Assembly: GCA_009920775.1 (NCBI GenBank)
Contig: RFZI01000001.1
Span: forward strand, 1 to 60,604
DNA length: 60,604 nt
Source of the DNA: Paracoccaceae bacterium
GTDB lineage: Bacteria > Pseudomonadota > Alphaproteobacteria > Rhodobacterales > Rhodobacteraceae
Direction: 5' to 3'
The first letter of the stretch is position 1. The number at the start of each line of letters is the position of its first letter. Under the pieces are notes generated by a model. It was given only the letters and a program-made list of their open reading frames with translations, made no database searches and was not told the DNA's origin. Both the position numbers and the translations under genes were made by a program. This document shows, piece by piece, positions 18,782-28,196 of this stretch.

Positions 18782-20788
18782 ATGGCCTATTTGCTGGGGG
18801 TTGATACCGGCGGCACATATACCGACGCGGTGGTGATCGACGAGGCGGCGGATCGGGTGATTGCCAGCGCAAAGTCGTTGACGACGCGGCCGGATCTGGC
18901 CTTGGGCGTGGGTCGGGCGATTGATGCGGCGATTGCCGAGGCGAGGGTTGCATCGTCTGAGATTGCGATGGTGTCGCTCTCGACCACTTTGGCCACGAAT
19001 GCGCTTGTCGAAGGGCAGGGCGGGCGCGTGGCGCTGGTATTCATCGGATTTGATGAAAAGGAATTGGGCCGCGCGGGATTGATGGACGCGCTGCATGGTG
19101 ATCCGGTGATCCGGCTTTCCGGTGGCCACAGCCATTCGGGCGGCGAGGTGGCGCCATTGAATCTTGATGCGCTTGAAGAGGCGCTGCGCGGATTGCCGAA
19201 GGGGATCACCGGTTTCGCCGTGGCGGCGAGTTTTGCCACCCGCAACCCGGCGCATGAGGTGGCGGCGCGGGAGGTGATCCGGCGGGTGACGGGCAAGCCG
19301 GTGACCTGCTCGCACGAGCTTTCTTCGGCGCTGGGCGGGCCCAAGCGGGCGTTGACGGCTGTGTTGAATGCCCGGCTCATCGGGTTGATCGCGCGGCTCA
19401 TTCAGGCTTGCGAGGATCACCTGCGCCAGATCGGTGTCGATGCGCGGCTCATGGTGGTGCGCGGTGATGGGGCTTTGGTTTCGGCGGCGCTCGCGCGGGA
19501 AAAGCCGATCGAGACGATCCTGAGCGGGCCTGCTGCCTCGATTGCCGGGGCCAGTTGGCTCACCGGCGAGAGCGATGCGCTGGTGAGCGATATCGGCGGC
19601 ACGACGACCGACATCTGCCTTCTGCGCGATGGCCGTCCGGCGATTGATCCGCAGGGCGCCCGTGTTGGGCCTTATCGCACGATGGTCGAAGCTGTGGCGA
19701 TGCGGACTTGGGGCCTTGGTGGCGACAGCGAGGTGCATCTTACCGCGGGGTTGGAGGGCGGCCTGAGGCTTGGGCCCAAGCGGGTCATGCCAATTTCGCT
19801 CCTCGCGCGGGATCATCCGCAGGTGGTTCACAAGGCGCTCGATCTGGCGCTGGCGACCGGGTTGCCTTCGGAGGATGGCGGCCGCTTTGTGGTGCCGGTG
19901 TGGAACGAAATGCCCGAAGGGCTTGATGCCCGTGAGGAGGCGATTGCGCTGCGGCTCGCGGGCGGCCCGCTCAAGCTCGGCGATGCGGTGAAATCACGGA
20001 TGGAAGGGCCGGCGCTTTCGCGGCTTGTGGCGCGGGGGCAGGTGATGATGGCGGGGATCACGCCGTCGGACGCCTCGCATGTTCTCGGGCGGGTCGATGC
20101 CTGGGATGCCGGTGCGGCGGAGAAGGCGCTGCGGCTCTTCTCGTTTCGGCGCAAGGGCAGTGGCGACCGGGTGGCCGAGAGTGCCGAGGCGCTGGCGACC
20201 AAGATCATCGACCAGCTGACCCGCCAGACCGTTGCCTGCCTTCTCGAGGCGGCGTTCGCCGAGGACAATCGCGATTGGGCCGATCCAGCCGGATTGGCCG
20301 AGCATCCGCTGACGCTGGCCGGGCTCGACCGGCATCAGGGGGTCGTCAGCATGAGCCTCAACCTTGGTGTTCCGGTGATCGGCCTCGGCGCCTCGGCCCC
20401 GTCCTATTACGGCGCGGTGGGTGAACGTTTGAATACGCGCATGATCCTGCCCGAGCACGCGGGCGTGGCCAATGCCATCGGTGCTGTGGTCGGCCAAGTG
20501 GCCATGCGGGCGAGCGGGACGGTGACGTCGCCGGGGCCGGGTATTTTCGTGGCCCACCTCGGAGCGGGCCCGCAGCAGTTCGGCGGGCGCGACGAGGCAA
20601 TCGCGGCGCTGACATCTGAACTGCAAGCGGATGCGACGGCCCGTGCAAGGGCGGCAGGTGTTGAAGAGATCCGCATCAAGGCCGAGAGCGAGGTCCGCGA
20701 GGTCGAGATCGAGGGTCAGCCAATGTTTATCGAGGCCGCAGTCCGCGTGACCGCGCAGGGGCGCCCTCGGATCGCCCAGAGCCAGTGA
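18782..20788 (+). CDS. hydantoinase/oxoprolinase family protein (HyuA-like, stand-alone)
   Basis: Start at MAYLLGVDTGGTYTDAVV (ATG 18782), the ASKHA-fold phosphate-1 motif of hydantoinase A. 668 aa. Confidence 0.7.
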   Translation: MAYLLGVDTGGTYTDAVVIDEAADRVIASAKSLTTRPDLALGVGRAIDAAIAEARVASSEIAMVSLSTTLATNALVEGQGGRVALVFIGFDEKELGRAGLMDALHGDPVIRLSGGHSHSGGEVAPLNLDALEEALRGLPKGITGFAVAASFATRNPAHEVAAREVIRRVTGKPVTCSHELSSALGGPKRALTAVLNARLIGLIARLIQACEDHLRQIGVDARLMVVRGDGALVSAALAREKPIETILSGPAASIAGASWLTGESDALVSDIGGTTTDICLLRDGRPAIDPQGARVGPYRTMVEAVAMRTWGLGGDSEVHLTAGLEGGLRLGPKRVMPISLLARDHPQVVHKALDLALATGLPSEDGGRFVVPVWNEMPEGLDAREEAIALRLAGGPLKLGDAVKSRMEGPALSRLVARGQVMMAGITPSDASHVLGRVDAWDAGAAEKALRLFSFRRKGSGDRVAESAEALATKIIDQLTRQTVACLLEAAFAEDNRDWADPAGLAEHPLTLAGLDRHQGVVSMSLNLGVPVIGLGASAPSYYGAVGERLNTRMILPEHAGVANAIGAVVGQVAMRASGTVTSPGPGIFVAHLGAGPQQFGGRDEAIAALTSELQADATARARAAGVEEIRIKAESEVREVEIEGQPMFIEAAVRVTAQGRPRIAQSQ

Positions 20789-20868
20789 GAAGGGCATAGA
20801 CCACCCGATTGTCATGCGCTAACAGTGCGGCAATTCTGCCCCGCTGGGGCGCGAGAAATGAGGGATCC

Positions 20869-21556
20869 ATGGCTATCCGTGTCACAGTCTGGGGCGAGAA
20901 CGTCCACGAGCAGACCAACAAGATCGTTGCCGGTCTTTATCCCAAAGGGATGCATGGCTGCATTGCCGAGGGGTTGAACGAAGACGCTGCGATCGAGGCG
21001 ACTACTGCGACCCTTCAGGAGCCTGAGCACGGCCTGACCGCTGCCCGCTTGGCCGAGACCGATGTTCTGATCTGGTGGGGCCATGCGGCGCATGGCGACG
21101 TGGCCGATGAGATCGTCGAGCGGGTGATCGAGCAGGTCTGGGCCGGGATGGGCCTGATCGTCCTGCTCGCGGAGCCATCCGATTGCGGCGGGCCTGCCGG
21201 ATCACTTCGAGATCGAGAACGAAGAGATGTATGGCGAGCCCTTCGGCATCCCCGAGCCGATGGAAACCGTCTTCATCAGCTGGTTTCAGGGTGGCGAGGT
21301 GTTCCGCTCGGGCGTGACCTACAAGCGCGGGGCGGGCAACGTGTTCTATTTCCGCCCCGGCCACGAAGCCTATCCGACCTATTTCGATGCCAACGTCCGC
21401 CGCGTTCTCAAGAACGCCGTGAAGTGGGCGCACAACCCCGCGCCGCGCCTCACCGGCGTAACCGACGCGCCGAATGTGCCGATCAATGAGGCGCTCGAAC
21501 CGCTCGAAGAGCGCGGGCCGCGCCTGCATCACGATGGCGAAGAGGGCTTCAGATGA
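20869..21556 (+). pseudogene. thuA: ThuA-like (trehalose utilisation) protein with internal deletion plus frameshift
   Basis: [34 protein letters not shown] then goes out of frame. ORF 21227 frame (readable from 21176) resumes at [36 protein letters not shown]. The family-conserved HSGHFSKIF..ALKWRE segment is missing. Junction 21165-21176. Confidence 0.7.
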
Positions 21557-22605
21557 GCCTGCGCCTTCTGATCGTCGGCACCGGCGGCATGGCCAATGCC
21601 CACGCCGAGGCCTTTTCCGCCATCGACGGCGTCGAAGTGGTCGGCGGGGTCGATACCAGCCCCGAACGCCTTGCCGCCTTCTGCGACAAGCACGGGATTG
21701 CCCATCGCTTCGCGTCGCTCGACGAGGCGCTGGCTTGGGGGCAATTCGACGCCGCAACCAACGTGACCCCAGACGCCGTGCATCACCGCACGACGATGCC
21801 GCTTCTTGCGGCGGGCAAGCATGTCATGTGCGAAAAGCCGCTGGCCGCCAACCGCGCTGACGCCGAAGAGATGGCCGATGCCGCCGAGGCGGCGGGCGTG
21901 GTGAACATGGTCAACCTGACCTATCGCAATGTGCCCGCACTGATCCACGCCGCGCGGCTGGTGGCCGAAGGCGCGATTGGCGAGGTTCGTCATTTTGAGG
22001 CCGCCTATCTTCAAAGCTGGCTGACCCAGCCCGCATGGGGCCATTGGGACAAAGAGAGCCAGTGGCTCTGGCGGCTTTCCGCGGCGCATGGATCGAAGGG
22101 TGTTCTTGGCGATATTGGCGTCCATATCCTTGACTACGCAACCTTCGTGGCCGGCAGCGCCGCAGCCAGCGTGAGTTGCCGCCTCACCACCTTTGACAAG
22201 GCGCCGGGCGGGCGGATTGGCGAGTATACACTTGACGCCAACGACAGCTTCAACATGCACCTCCAGCTTGAAAACGGCGCTGTCGGTGTTGTCCACGCAA
22301 GCCGCATGGCCTCGGGGCATCTCAACGATCTGTCCTTGCGGATCTTTGGCACCAAAGGCGGTCTGGATGTCCGCTTCGAGAACAACGAAAGCCACCTGCG
22401 CGGCTGCCTCGGCGAGGATATGCCCGCCGCGAAATGGACCGAGATCGAAACGCCCCCTGTCGAGACCAACTATCAACGGTTCATCGCCGCGATCCGCGAG
22501 GGCCGCGCAGAGCGCCCCGATTTCCGCCGCGGTGCCCAGCTACAGGCTGTCCTTGATCTTGCCGAAGACTCGGATCGCCAGAACGGCTGCTCGCTTAGCC
22601 TCTGA
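21553..22605 (+). CDS. Gfo/Idh/MocA-family NAD(P) oxidoreductase (ThuB-like)
   Basis: 350 aa. Rossmann N-terminus LLIVGTGGMANAHAEAF and the EKPLA motif (VMCEKPLAAN). ATGA overlap with thuA. Confidence 0.8.
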   Translation: MSLRLLIVGTGGMANAHAEAFSAIDGVEVVGGVDTSPERLAAFCDKHGIAHRFASLDEALAWGQFDAATNVTPDAVHHRTTMPLLAAGKHVMCEKPLAANRADAEEMADAAEAAGVVNMVNLTYRNVPALIHAARLVAEGAIGEVRHFEAAYLQSWLTQPAWGHWDKESQWLWRLSAAHGSKGVLGDIGVHILDYATFVAGSAAASVSCRLTTFDKAPGGRIGEYTLDANDSFNMHLQLENGAVGVVHASRMASGHLNDLSLRIFGTKGGLDVRFENNESHLRGCLGEDMPAAKWTEIETPPVETNYQRFIAAIREGRAERPDFRRGAQLQAVLDLAEDSDRQNGCSLSL

Positions 22606-22671
22606 CCCCTGTTAAGCCCCTCTCAACCCGGCGCTGATAGACCTGTCGCTGGGTGAGAAAAGGGTGAGGCT

Positions 22672-22887
22672 ATGGGCGCGGACGCGATTGCTCCGGTCAT
22701 TATCAAACGCAAGAAGGTCTCGGGGGGCGATGGCCACCACGGCGGCGCGTGGAAGGTCGCCATAGGAGCGTTTCCTTTTGATGGGTGGCGCGTTTTGCGC
22801 CAGGTTTTCAGGAAAGCCGCTGAGCGGCGTTTGATCTGTCATTCTGACCCGTGCCGTAAGACCCAGCCTGTGCTTTGCACGAAATGA
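22672..22887 (+). pseudogene. motB: motB 5' remnant (flagellar stator protein)
   Basis: The first 30 codons, MGADAIAPVIIKRKKVSGGDGHHGGAWKVA, match the conserved MotB N-terminus (..IIKRKK..GHHGGAWKVAYADF..). After 22761 the TM helix and the OmpA-like domain are absent and the ORF runs into unrelated sequence. Confidence 0.6.
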
Positions 22888-22958
22888 AATCTCTCGCATC
22901 TGTGCCTAACGGAGGGTGAATCCTGATCCCGCAAATGCGGCGAATTTGATTCAAATCC

Positions 22959-23294
22959 CTATGCGCGATGTTCTAGACGCCCACTCCGGCCGCCTTCCTC
23001 GCCCGGCGTTCCATCCTTGCGATAGGTGCCCAGTCGGGTGTGCGCGCGGTCTATGTCGGCGATGCGTCCGATGGCGGTCTGTACGCCGCGAATTGCCGAC
23101 GACAAAAGCCGCTGGTTGCGTCCGATGCGATCGAGCAACAGCCTTGCCTCATCTGCCGAGAGCTTTGACGCTCCGGCCATCAGCCGTTCCCGTGCGTCGG
23201 CCACCGAGGCAAGGGTCGCATAGCTGCCGGACAAGATTGCTTTCCGTTCCGAATCGAGGCCGGACAGAAGTTCATCCATGATCGACTGTGTCAT
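22959..23294 (-). CDS. flagellar-locus protein, FlgN-like chaperone (tentative)
   Basis: 111 aa, helical, heptad-like L..LL..ER.A.L pattern. AGGGAG RBS. Overlaps the flgJ stop by 23 bp, suggesting an operon. Confidence 0.35.
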   Translation of the reverse strand: MTQSIMDELLSGLDSERKAILSGSYATLASVADARERLMAGASKLSADEARLLLDRIGRNQRLLSSAIRGVQTAIGRIADIDRAHTRLGTYRKDGTPGEEGGRSGRLEHRA

Positions 23295-23568
23295 TCATTC
23301 TCCCTTTCATGGCTTCGAAAATTGTTTCAGCAAGACCGATGCCGCCTGCGCGGGCAATCTCTTGGGCCTGCGCCTCTGTCAGGAACGAGGCGAACTGGTC
23401 TTCCCCGATACCCCCGCCAAAGCCGGATTGTGTGGCGTTGAGACCGGCACTCTTGAGCATTTCCCTCAGAAAGCTCGCCTCTAGATCCTGCGCTGCTTTG
23501 CGAAGCCGCGGCTCATCGCCTTCGGCGGTGAGGAGAGAATTTACCGATCTGTTCAATCCCGAGATCAT
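23272..23568 (-). CDS. flgJ: flagellar rod-binding protein (FlgJ N-terminal domain / CheL-like)
   Basis: Start at MISGLNRS (ATG 23568, AGGAG RBS). AAQDLEASFLREMLKSAG..DQFASFLTEAQAQEIARAGGIGLAETI is the rod-binding signature. The longer ORF-track start is unsupported. Confidence 0.7.
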   Translation of the reverse strand: MISGLNRSVNSLLTAEGDEPRLRKAAQDLEASFLREMLKSAGLNATQSGFGGGIGEDQFASFLTEAQAQEIARAGGIGLAETIFEAMKGRMNDTVDHG

Positions 23569-23615
23569 CGCAGGCTCCTGTAATCTTCCGAGTCGGCTCA
23601 GGTTGCAGGTCGGCG

Positions 23616-23631
23616 GTAAATTTCGAGTAAC
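23616..23631. promoter_or_regulatory. CtrA-box-like GTAA-N7-GTAAC in the flgJ/fliK divergent promoter
   Basis: Two mismatches to TTAA-N7-TTAAC. Flanked by a 10-bp direct repeat TGCAGGTCGG (23604-23613 and 23647-23656). Confidence 0.3.
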
Positions 23632-23678
23632 TTTGTTGTGCCAGACTGCAGGTCGGTTCCAGAAAGGATCAGACAGAA

Positions 23679-25154
23679 ATGCAGATTCATTCCTTCCTTG
23701 CCAAAGCCCCAGGCACTGATGTTTCCGAGGCAGCGGTGCCGCCCGATGGCCAACCCTTCCGCGCGGCGCGGGATTTCGCCCGACATCTTTTTGGAGCAGT
23801 CGACACAAACGAACCGGATATCTCCGCCGGTATCGAAGAGGGCGCGGTGGAGGGCGAGGTCGGCGTTGTCCTGCCGTTTTCTGTGCCCGTCATAACTCTT
23901 GCCGAAGGCGGGACTGAAGGGGCGCAAATGCCCGCCGAGGTGCCTGATGTGGTTCTGGAAGATGACTCCAAGGTCGGGTCAATCGCGGCCAATCCGATAG
24001 AATCCCGCGATCTTGTTGAGCACGGCGCCCCCTTGGTCCTGTCTGAACCAAGGTTGGAATCGGATCAGGTGCGGGCGGGCCAGCTGCCGCCCGATCATTC
24101 CCGGATTGGCCAGACGCGCGAGGAGCCGCGCCAAACACGAGCGGAAGGGGCCCGAATCGAGCGCCCTGAGGCGGCGTTCGCCCGGATCGCTACAGATGCG
24201 GCCCCCGTCAATGCGCGACCCACTCTGCCCCCTGAGGCGCTAGCCGCAGGCCAAGAGCAACCCGCCAAAGAAGCCCCTGCAACGGTCTCCTCCGGCCCCG
24301 CAGCTGCACAGCCTATGCCGCCGGAGCAAGCCAAGGCCTTGGGTCTCGCGCGGGCGCCAGGAATTGCAGGTGACGAGGCTTTGCCAAACACAGCCGTTGC
24401 CAAAGGAGTGCGCGAAGCGCCTCAAGATATGGCCGATGCTGGCGCTAAGCCTGACAAAACGGACCCGCTATTGCCGGCCCGAGCCAAGGATACACCGCCG
24501 CCACCCGATGCCGAGGCTCTCCACGGCAACGAAGGCCGAAAAAAATCTTCAAAGGATCGAAAGGTCGAGGCAAGCAGCGCCCAGACGTCACAGCCCGACA
24601 AGGACAGGCCTGCCCAGCCAGCACTCGTAATGCCTCAGGTGCAAGACGCTCCCCTTGAGGAAGGTGCAGCGATCCGGCAGGCCGAGGGTCAGATTTCCGG
24701 CACCTCGGGCGCCTCTGCCCAGTCGGCTGCGCCCGCTTTTGCATCGACCCCGGGCGCAGGATTGGGGCGCGCCGCCATTCAGCAGCTTGCAGTGGCCAAA
24801 CGGCGATCGGAAGGGGGGGAAATCGAAATCGCCCTTGAGCCAGAAGAGCTTGGCAAAGTTCGGCTGACACTGACCCCACATGATACGCGCGTTGCCGTCT
24901 CGGTCATGGTCGAGCGTCCTAAGACGCTTGATCTTATCCGACGGCATATCGACGCGCTGACCAATGACCTGCGCCAGCAAGGCTATTCGCAAGTGGCCTT
25001 TGATTTTGCCCAAGGCCAAAACCGGCAGGGGCACAAAAGCCAGGCAGATGTTCCAGCGCACGTCGCTTCGGCGGAAACAGCGCCGTTGCCCGACGCTGGC
25101 ACAATCACCCCACGCCGCCCGGTTCGAGCCGGCGGGTTGGACCTGCGGCTTTAG
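23679..25154 (+). CDS. fliK: flagellar hook-length control protein FliK
   Basis: 491 aa. Long Pro/Ala/Glu-rich low-complexity middle. C-terminal Flg_hook domain EIALEPEELGKVRLTLTPHDTRVAVSVMVERPKTLDLIRRHIDALTNDLRQQGY. Confidence 0.75.
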   Translation: MQIHSFLAKAPGTDVSEAAVPPDGQPFRAARDFARHLFGAVDTNEPDISAGIEEGAVEGEVGVVLPFSVPVITLAEGGTEGAQMPAEVPDVVLEDDSKVGSIAANPIESRDLVEHGAPLVLSEPRLESDQVRAGQLPPDHSRIGQTREEPRQTRAEGARIERPEAAFARIATDAAPVNARPTLPPEALAAGQEQPAKEAPATVSSGPAAAQPMPPEQAKALGLARAPGIAGDEALPNTAVAKGVREAPQDMADAGAKPDKTDPLLPARAKDTPPPPDAEALHGNEGRKKSSKDRKVEASSAQTSQPDKDRPAQPALVMPQVQDAPLEEGAAIRQAEGQISGTSGASAQSAAPAFASTPGAGLGRAAIQQLAVAKRRSEGGEIEIALEPEELGKVRLTLTPHDTRVAVSVMVERPKTLDLIRRHIDALTNDLRQQGYSQVAFDFAQGQNRQGHKSQADVPAHVASAETAPLPDAGTITPRRPVRAGGLDLRL

Positions 25155-25163
25155 GAGGCAGTC

Positions 25164-25814
25164 ATGGAGATCCAACCCAATTCGGCAGCGCCCGCCGCGC
25201 TTTCTTCGCCCCGAAAGTCCGCCAGAATCAGCTCGGATTTTGAGACATTCCTAAAAATGCTGACCGTTCAGATGCAGAATCAGGATCCGCTCAACCCCAT
25301 CGATTCAACCGACTATGCCGTTCAGCTCGCCACATTCTCGGGTGTGGAGCAGCAGGTTCGTACCAACCAGATCCTCTCCGATCTGAGCGAACTTCTGGGC
25401 GGAAGCGGCCTTGGACAGACGGCGCAGTGGATCGGCAAGGATGTCTTGGCCGTTGCCCCCGCCTTCTTTGCGGGCGATCCGCTGACAATTGAGATCCCCG
25501 CCGCTCGCCGCGCTGAATCTCTGGCGCTTATCGTTCGCGATGCGGATGGCGCTGTGGTTGCGACCGGGCCGATTCCTTCGGGTGCGGCAAGCGTGGATTG
25601 GGACGGAACCGATGCCTACGGCCAGCGCCTATCGGAGGGGCTTTATCGGTTTTCGGTTCGGGATGCGGCCGACGCGAGCTATGAAGAAACACCGGCCGCA
25701 GTCTATGCGCGTGTCAAGGAAGTTCGGGCGGGCGATGACGGGCTCGTCTTTACCCTGCCCGGCGGAATCGAAGTGCCATTTTCCGAGGTTACAGGCGTGC
25801 GCGCTGGGGTTTAG
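25164..25814 (+). CDS. flgD: flagellar hook capping/assembly protein FlgD
   Basis: 216 aa. FETFLKMLTVQMQNQDPLNPIDSTDYAVQLATFSGVEQ is the FlgD signature. TAGGAGG RBS. Confidence 0.85.
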   Translation: MEIQPNSAAPAALSSPRKSARISSDFETFLKMLTVQMQNQDPLNPIDSTDYAVQLATFSGVEQQVRTNQILSDLSELLGGSGLGQTAQWIGKDVLAVAPAFFAGDPLTIEIPAARRAESLALIVRDADGAVVATGPIPSGAASVDWDGTDAYGQRLSEGLYRFSVRDAADASYEETPAAVYARVKEVRAGDDGLVFTLPGGIEVPFSEVTGVRAGV

Positions 25815-25822
25815 CCGTGCGG

Positions 25823-27358
25823 CTAGCCCCAGAGGCTGATCGACAGAATGAAGCCTGCCGTCGCTGCCGCAGCACCAAGAAGGACAAGCGATGCCGCCAG
25901 CCATAGGCTCGGCCCTTCCGGCTCGGGCTCGGGCTGGCCCTGTCGGCTCAATAGGTCTTCGGCCAGTTTCGGCAGCTTCGGACCAAAGCGCGACAAGACC
26001 TGCATCGTGCGGATCGCATCGCGGATCGCAGCCTTCGGGCCGATGCTGTCTTTGATATAGGCTTCGACCACCGGGCGGGCGACTTCCCAGATGTTGATAT
26101 GCGGATCGAGCGACCGCGCCACGCCCTCGACCACAACCATCGTGCGCTGCAGAAGGATCAGCTCGGTGCGCGTCTCCATCCCGAAACGTTCTGTCACTTC
26201 AAAGAGATAGGCCAGAAGCCGCCCCATCGAGATGCGGCTCGCGTCCATGCCGAAGATCGGCTCGCCCACGGCCCGAAGGGCATTGGCAAACTCGTCCACA
26301 TCGCGGTCGGCCGGAACGTATCCCGCCTCGAAATGTACCTGCGCCACGCGCATATAATCGCGCTTGATGAAGCCATAGAGGATCTCGGCATAGACCCGGC
26401 GGGTATATTCGTCGATCCGCCCCATGATCCCGAAATCAAAGGCCACCACATCGCCATTCGGCGCGACCTTGAGGTTCCCCTGATGCATATCGGCGTGGAA
26501 GAACCCGTCGCGCAGCGCGTGTTGGAGGAAGATCTGCAGGATGCGCGCGGCAATCGCCACGCGGTCGTGCCCGGCGGCATCAATCGCCGCGTTGTCGCCC
26601 GCGTTGACCCCTTCCGCCCAGTCGAGCGTCATCACCCGCCGCGACGACAGCCCCCATTTGACCTTGGGCACCGTGAACCCCGGATCGCCCTTGGTATTCT
26701 CGGCAAATTCCGAGGCCCCGGCGCTTTCCAGCCGCAGATCGAGCTCGCCCTGCACCACCCCGTCGAAATGCCGGATCACGTCGAGCGGCCGCAGGCGGCG
26801 CGACGAAGGCGAGAGAAACTCGATCACATTGGCCGCGAAATAGAAGGCGTCGATATCGCGCTGAAAGGCCCGCTCGATCCCGGGGCGGAGAACCTTGACC
26901 GCAACCTCTTCGCCCGTGGCCTTCAGGGTCGCGCGGTGCACCTGCGCGATCGAGGCGGCGGCAATAGGCTCGGAAAACGCGCTAAACACCTCATCAACCC
27001 TGATGCCCAGCTCCCGCTCGATCTCGGCCTTGGCCGCATCAGTGGAAAACGGCGGCAGCTTGTCTTGCAGAACCCGAAGCTCTTTGGCCAGCTCATCTCC
27101 CACCACATCGGGGCGGGTCGAAAGGATTTGGCCGAACTTGATATAGGCCGGCCCCAGCGCCGTGATCGCCCGCGTCGCCGGTGGCAGCGAAGGATCGCCG
27201 CGATAGCCGAGCCACTTGAACGGCAGCGCAAAGGTCCGCGCCGCAAAGCGCAGCATCGGCCCGGCCTCGAAGGCGTCGAGCACGACGTTCATCGCCCCCG
27301 CCCGTTCAAGCGTCGCGCCGGTGCGGATCAGCCGCCAAGTATTGTGGGGCCCGCGCAT
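25823..27358 (-). CDS. ubiB: ubiquinone biosynthesis protein kinase-like UbiB (ABC1 family)
   Basis: 511 aa. AASIAQVHRATL..VAVKVLRPGI..FFHADMHQGNL motifs and C-terminal TM helices. Confidence 0.9.
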   Translation of the reverse strand: MRGPHNTWRLIRTGATLERAGAMNVVLDAFEAGPMLRFAARTFALPFKWLGYRGDPSLPPATRAITALGPAYIKFGQILSTRPDVVGDELAKELRVLQDKLPPFSTDAAKAEIERELGIRVDEVFSAFSEPIAAASIAQVHRATLKATGEEVAVKVLRPGIERAFQRDIDAFYFAANVIEFLSPSSRRLRPLDVIRHFDGVVQGELDLRLESAGASEFAENTKGDPGFTVPKVKWGLSSRRVMTLDWAEGVNAGDNAAIDAAGHDRVAIAARILQIFLQHALRDGFFHADMHQGNLKVAPNGDVVAFDFGIMGRIDEYTRRVYAEILYGFIKRDYMRVAQVHFEAGYVPADRDVDEFANALRAVGEPIFGMDASRISMGRLLAYLFEVTERFGMETRTELILLQRTMVVVEGVARSLDPHINIWEVARPVVEAYIKDSIGPKAAIRDAIRTMQVLSRFGPKLPKLAEDLLSRQGQPEPEPEGPSLWLAASLVLLGAAAATAGFILSISLWG

Positions 27359-27359
27359 C

Positions 27360-28112
27360 CTAGATCTTCCAGCCCGAATGCAGGCAGGCGATGCCGAGCG
27401 AGAGGTTGCGATAGGCGGCGTTGCCGAAACCGGCGGTCTTCAACATTCCGAGGAAGGTTTCCTGATCGGGAAATTTGCGGATCGATTCCACGAGATACTG
27501 ATAGCTGTCGCGATCATTGGCGATGGCCTGCCCCATGCGCGGGATCACGTTGAAGGAGTAAAGGTCATAGGCCTTCTGCATCATCGGATTGGGCAGCTGG
27601 CTAAACTCCAAGACCATGAGCCGCCCGCCGGGGCGCAACACGCGATAGGCCTCGTTCAGCGCTTCCTGCGGGCGCGTCACGTTCCGGATGCCAAAGCTGA
27701 TGGTATAGACGTCAAAGGTATTGTCGGCGAAGGGCAGGGCCATTGCATCGCCCACCACCCAATCAAGGCTCTCGGCCATGTCCGCCGCCTCGGCCCGCTT
27801 GCGCCCCTCGACCAGCATCGATTCGGTCAGATCGAGCACGGTCGCATGGCCGCGCCCCGCACGCTTGAGAAAGCGGAAGGAAATATCGCCCGTGCCGCCC
27901 GCCACATCCAAGAGCTTCTGCCCCGGCCGCGGCGCGAGCCAATCCATCATCGCATCCTTCCAGACGCGGTGAATGCCAAGGCTCATGACATCGTTCATCA
28001 CATCGTATTTCGAGGCGACCGAGGTGAAAACGCCCTGCACGCGGCCGGCTTTTTCCTCTTCCCGCACGGTCTCGAAACCGAAATGCGTTGTTCTGTCCGT
28101 CGTGTCCGTCAT
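27360..28112 (-). CDS. ubiE: demethylmenaquinone/ubiquinone C-methyltransferase UbiE
   Basis: Start at [16 protein letters not shown] (ATG 28112). [19 protein letters not shown] and LDVAGGTGD are the SAM motif. The 578-aa ORF-track version is an antisense-of-mutM extension. Confidence 0.9.
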   Translation of the reverse strand: MTDTTDRTTHFGFETVREEEKAGRVQGVFTSVASKYDVMNDVMSLGIHRVWKDAMMDWLAPRPGQKLLDVAGGTGDISFRFLKRAGRGHATVLDLTESMLVEGRKRAEAADMAESLDWVVGDAMALPFADNTFDVYTISFGIRNVTRPQEALNEAYRVLRPGGRLMVLEFSQLPNPMMQKAYDLYSFNVIPRMGQAIANDRDSYQYLVESIRKFPDQETFLGMLKTAGFGNAAYRNLSLGIACLHSGWKI

Positions 28113-28196
28113 GGGCTCTTGCCGTGAATCCTGCGGGCCGAAACAATGGGCGCCGAAAGGGGCATACACCGGACCCCCGCCCATAGGAAGCCTGCC

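Noticed and set aside
22612-22899. 95-aa minus-strand ORF overlapping the motB remnant
   Set aside because: No RBS or recognisable family. It is antisense to the conserved MotB N-terminal codons, so it is more likely noise in decaying sequence.
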